A stretch of 32,000 bases of DNA. Origin: an uncultured archaeon. Its GTDB lineage: Archaea; Iainarchaeota; Iainarchaeia; Iainarchaeales; DATDZZ01. Location of the stretch: NCBI GenBank assembly GCA_964373795.1, contig CAYJVY010000001.1, forward strand, positions 1-32,000, written 5' to 3'. Below the pieces are notes generated by a model, which worked only from the letters and a program-made list of their open reading frames with translations, made no database searches and had not been told where the DNA came from. The number at the start of each line of letters is the position of its first letter. Position 1 is the stretch's first letter. Shown here in pieces: positions 31,531 through 32,000 of this stretch. Position numbers and translations under genes: made by a program.

Positions 31531-31923
31531 CTATCTTCTTGCTTTTAGAGCCTTTGAAACAGCTAAATTCATGGCATGTTTATTTGAAACTATTTTTTGA
31601 ATCTTTAAATCAGTTGATAATTCTTTCCAAATCCTTTCATATAAGAGTTCTTCGAATTCTTTTAACTTGTTTTCACTGAAATCATTTAATTCAATTGCCT
31701 GCAATAAAACTTGTGCCACAATTTGCCATGAAAGCAATGCATTTCCAATTCCTTCTCCAGTAAAAGGATCAATTAATCCAGCTGCATCTCCAATGAATAA
31801 AACTCTTTCAAAAGCAATTTTTCTTTTTTCCAAGCCACTTGAAGGCAGAGTCCAACCCTTTATTTCTGAAACCAGTTTAGCATTGTCAAATCGTGCTTTA
31901 AAAAAAGGATCGCCAAAAAAAAA
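31531..31923 (-). pseudogene. C-terminal fragment of a geranylgeranyl reductase-family flavoprotein
   Basis: RVLFIGDAAGLIDPFTGEGIGNAL is the conserved GDAAG/GEGI block, normally at about residue 280-300 of a protein of about 390 aa. Here the frame opens only about 30 codons upstream, at stop 31924-31926, and the FAD-binding GxGxxG N-terminus is absent. Confidence 0.55.
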
Positions 31924-32000
31924 TTAAATAAAAAAAATAGAGAGTAAACTTAATCACTCTGTTACAACTACTTTTCCAGTCATTTTTGAATGATCTTGTC

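Overview
AT-rich (by eye about 30% GC) archaeal chromosomal segment with about 40 tightly packed genes. No database search was run, so family calls rest on hand-read motifs and remembered family consensus. Gene content is diagnostic of Archaea: S19e, L39e, L31e, LX, aIF6, prefoldin alpha, RNase P Rpp21, SRP54/FtsY, GGGP synthase, and a tRNA intron with a hand-verified bulge-helix-bulge splice motif. The very low GC, Lys/Glu-rich protein tails and many secreted orphan proteins suggest a small-genome DPANN-type archaeon; this is inference only. Core content: (1) the conserved translation/SRP supercluster rps19e, PDCD5-like, rpl39e, rpl31e, aIF6, rplX, pfdA, ftsY (7069-11269); (2) three tRNAs, Val-UAC, Gly-GCC and intron-containing Gly-UCC; (3) a thymidylate module of glyA divergent from a long-form thyX, a kinase-like gene and a deoxyribosyltransferase/DNPH1-like gene (22101-26187), with tmk at 3156-3833; (4) srp54, rtcA, enolase, an SDR epimerase, a HAD hydrolase, a tandem Lrp regulator, GGGP synthase and a truncated geranylgeranyl reductase remnant. 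Accessory content is dominated by predicted surface proteins. These include a class-III (pilin-like) signal protein carrying a DUF4382-like domain, an 8-Cys module and a 7-repeat FG-GAP propeller (11319-13292). They also include a DUF2207-like membrane protein, an A24 prepilin peptidase (18304-19128), three lipoprotein or secreted proteins and a 709-aa secreted orphan. I saw no CRISPR array, rRNA, transposase or integrase. Best candidates for something new: the pilin-signal integrin-like adhesin plus peptidase, the thyX/kinase-like/NDT-like operon, a GC-rich 21-nt tandem repeat that reiterates the Rpp21 stop codon in frame, GC-rich transcribed leaders upstream of both tRNA-Gly genes, and an aIF6 gene whose conserved N-terminus has no canonical start codon.
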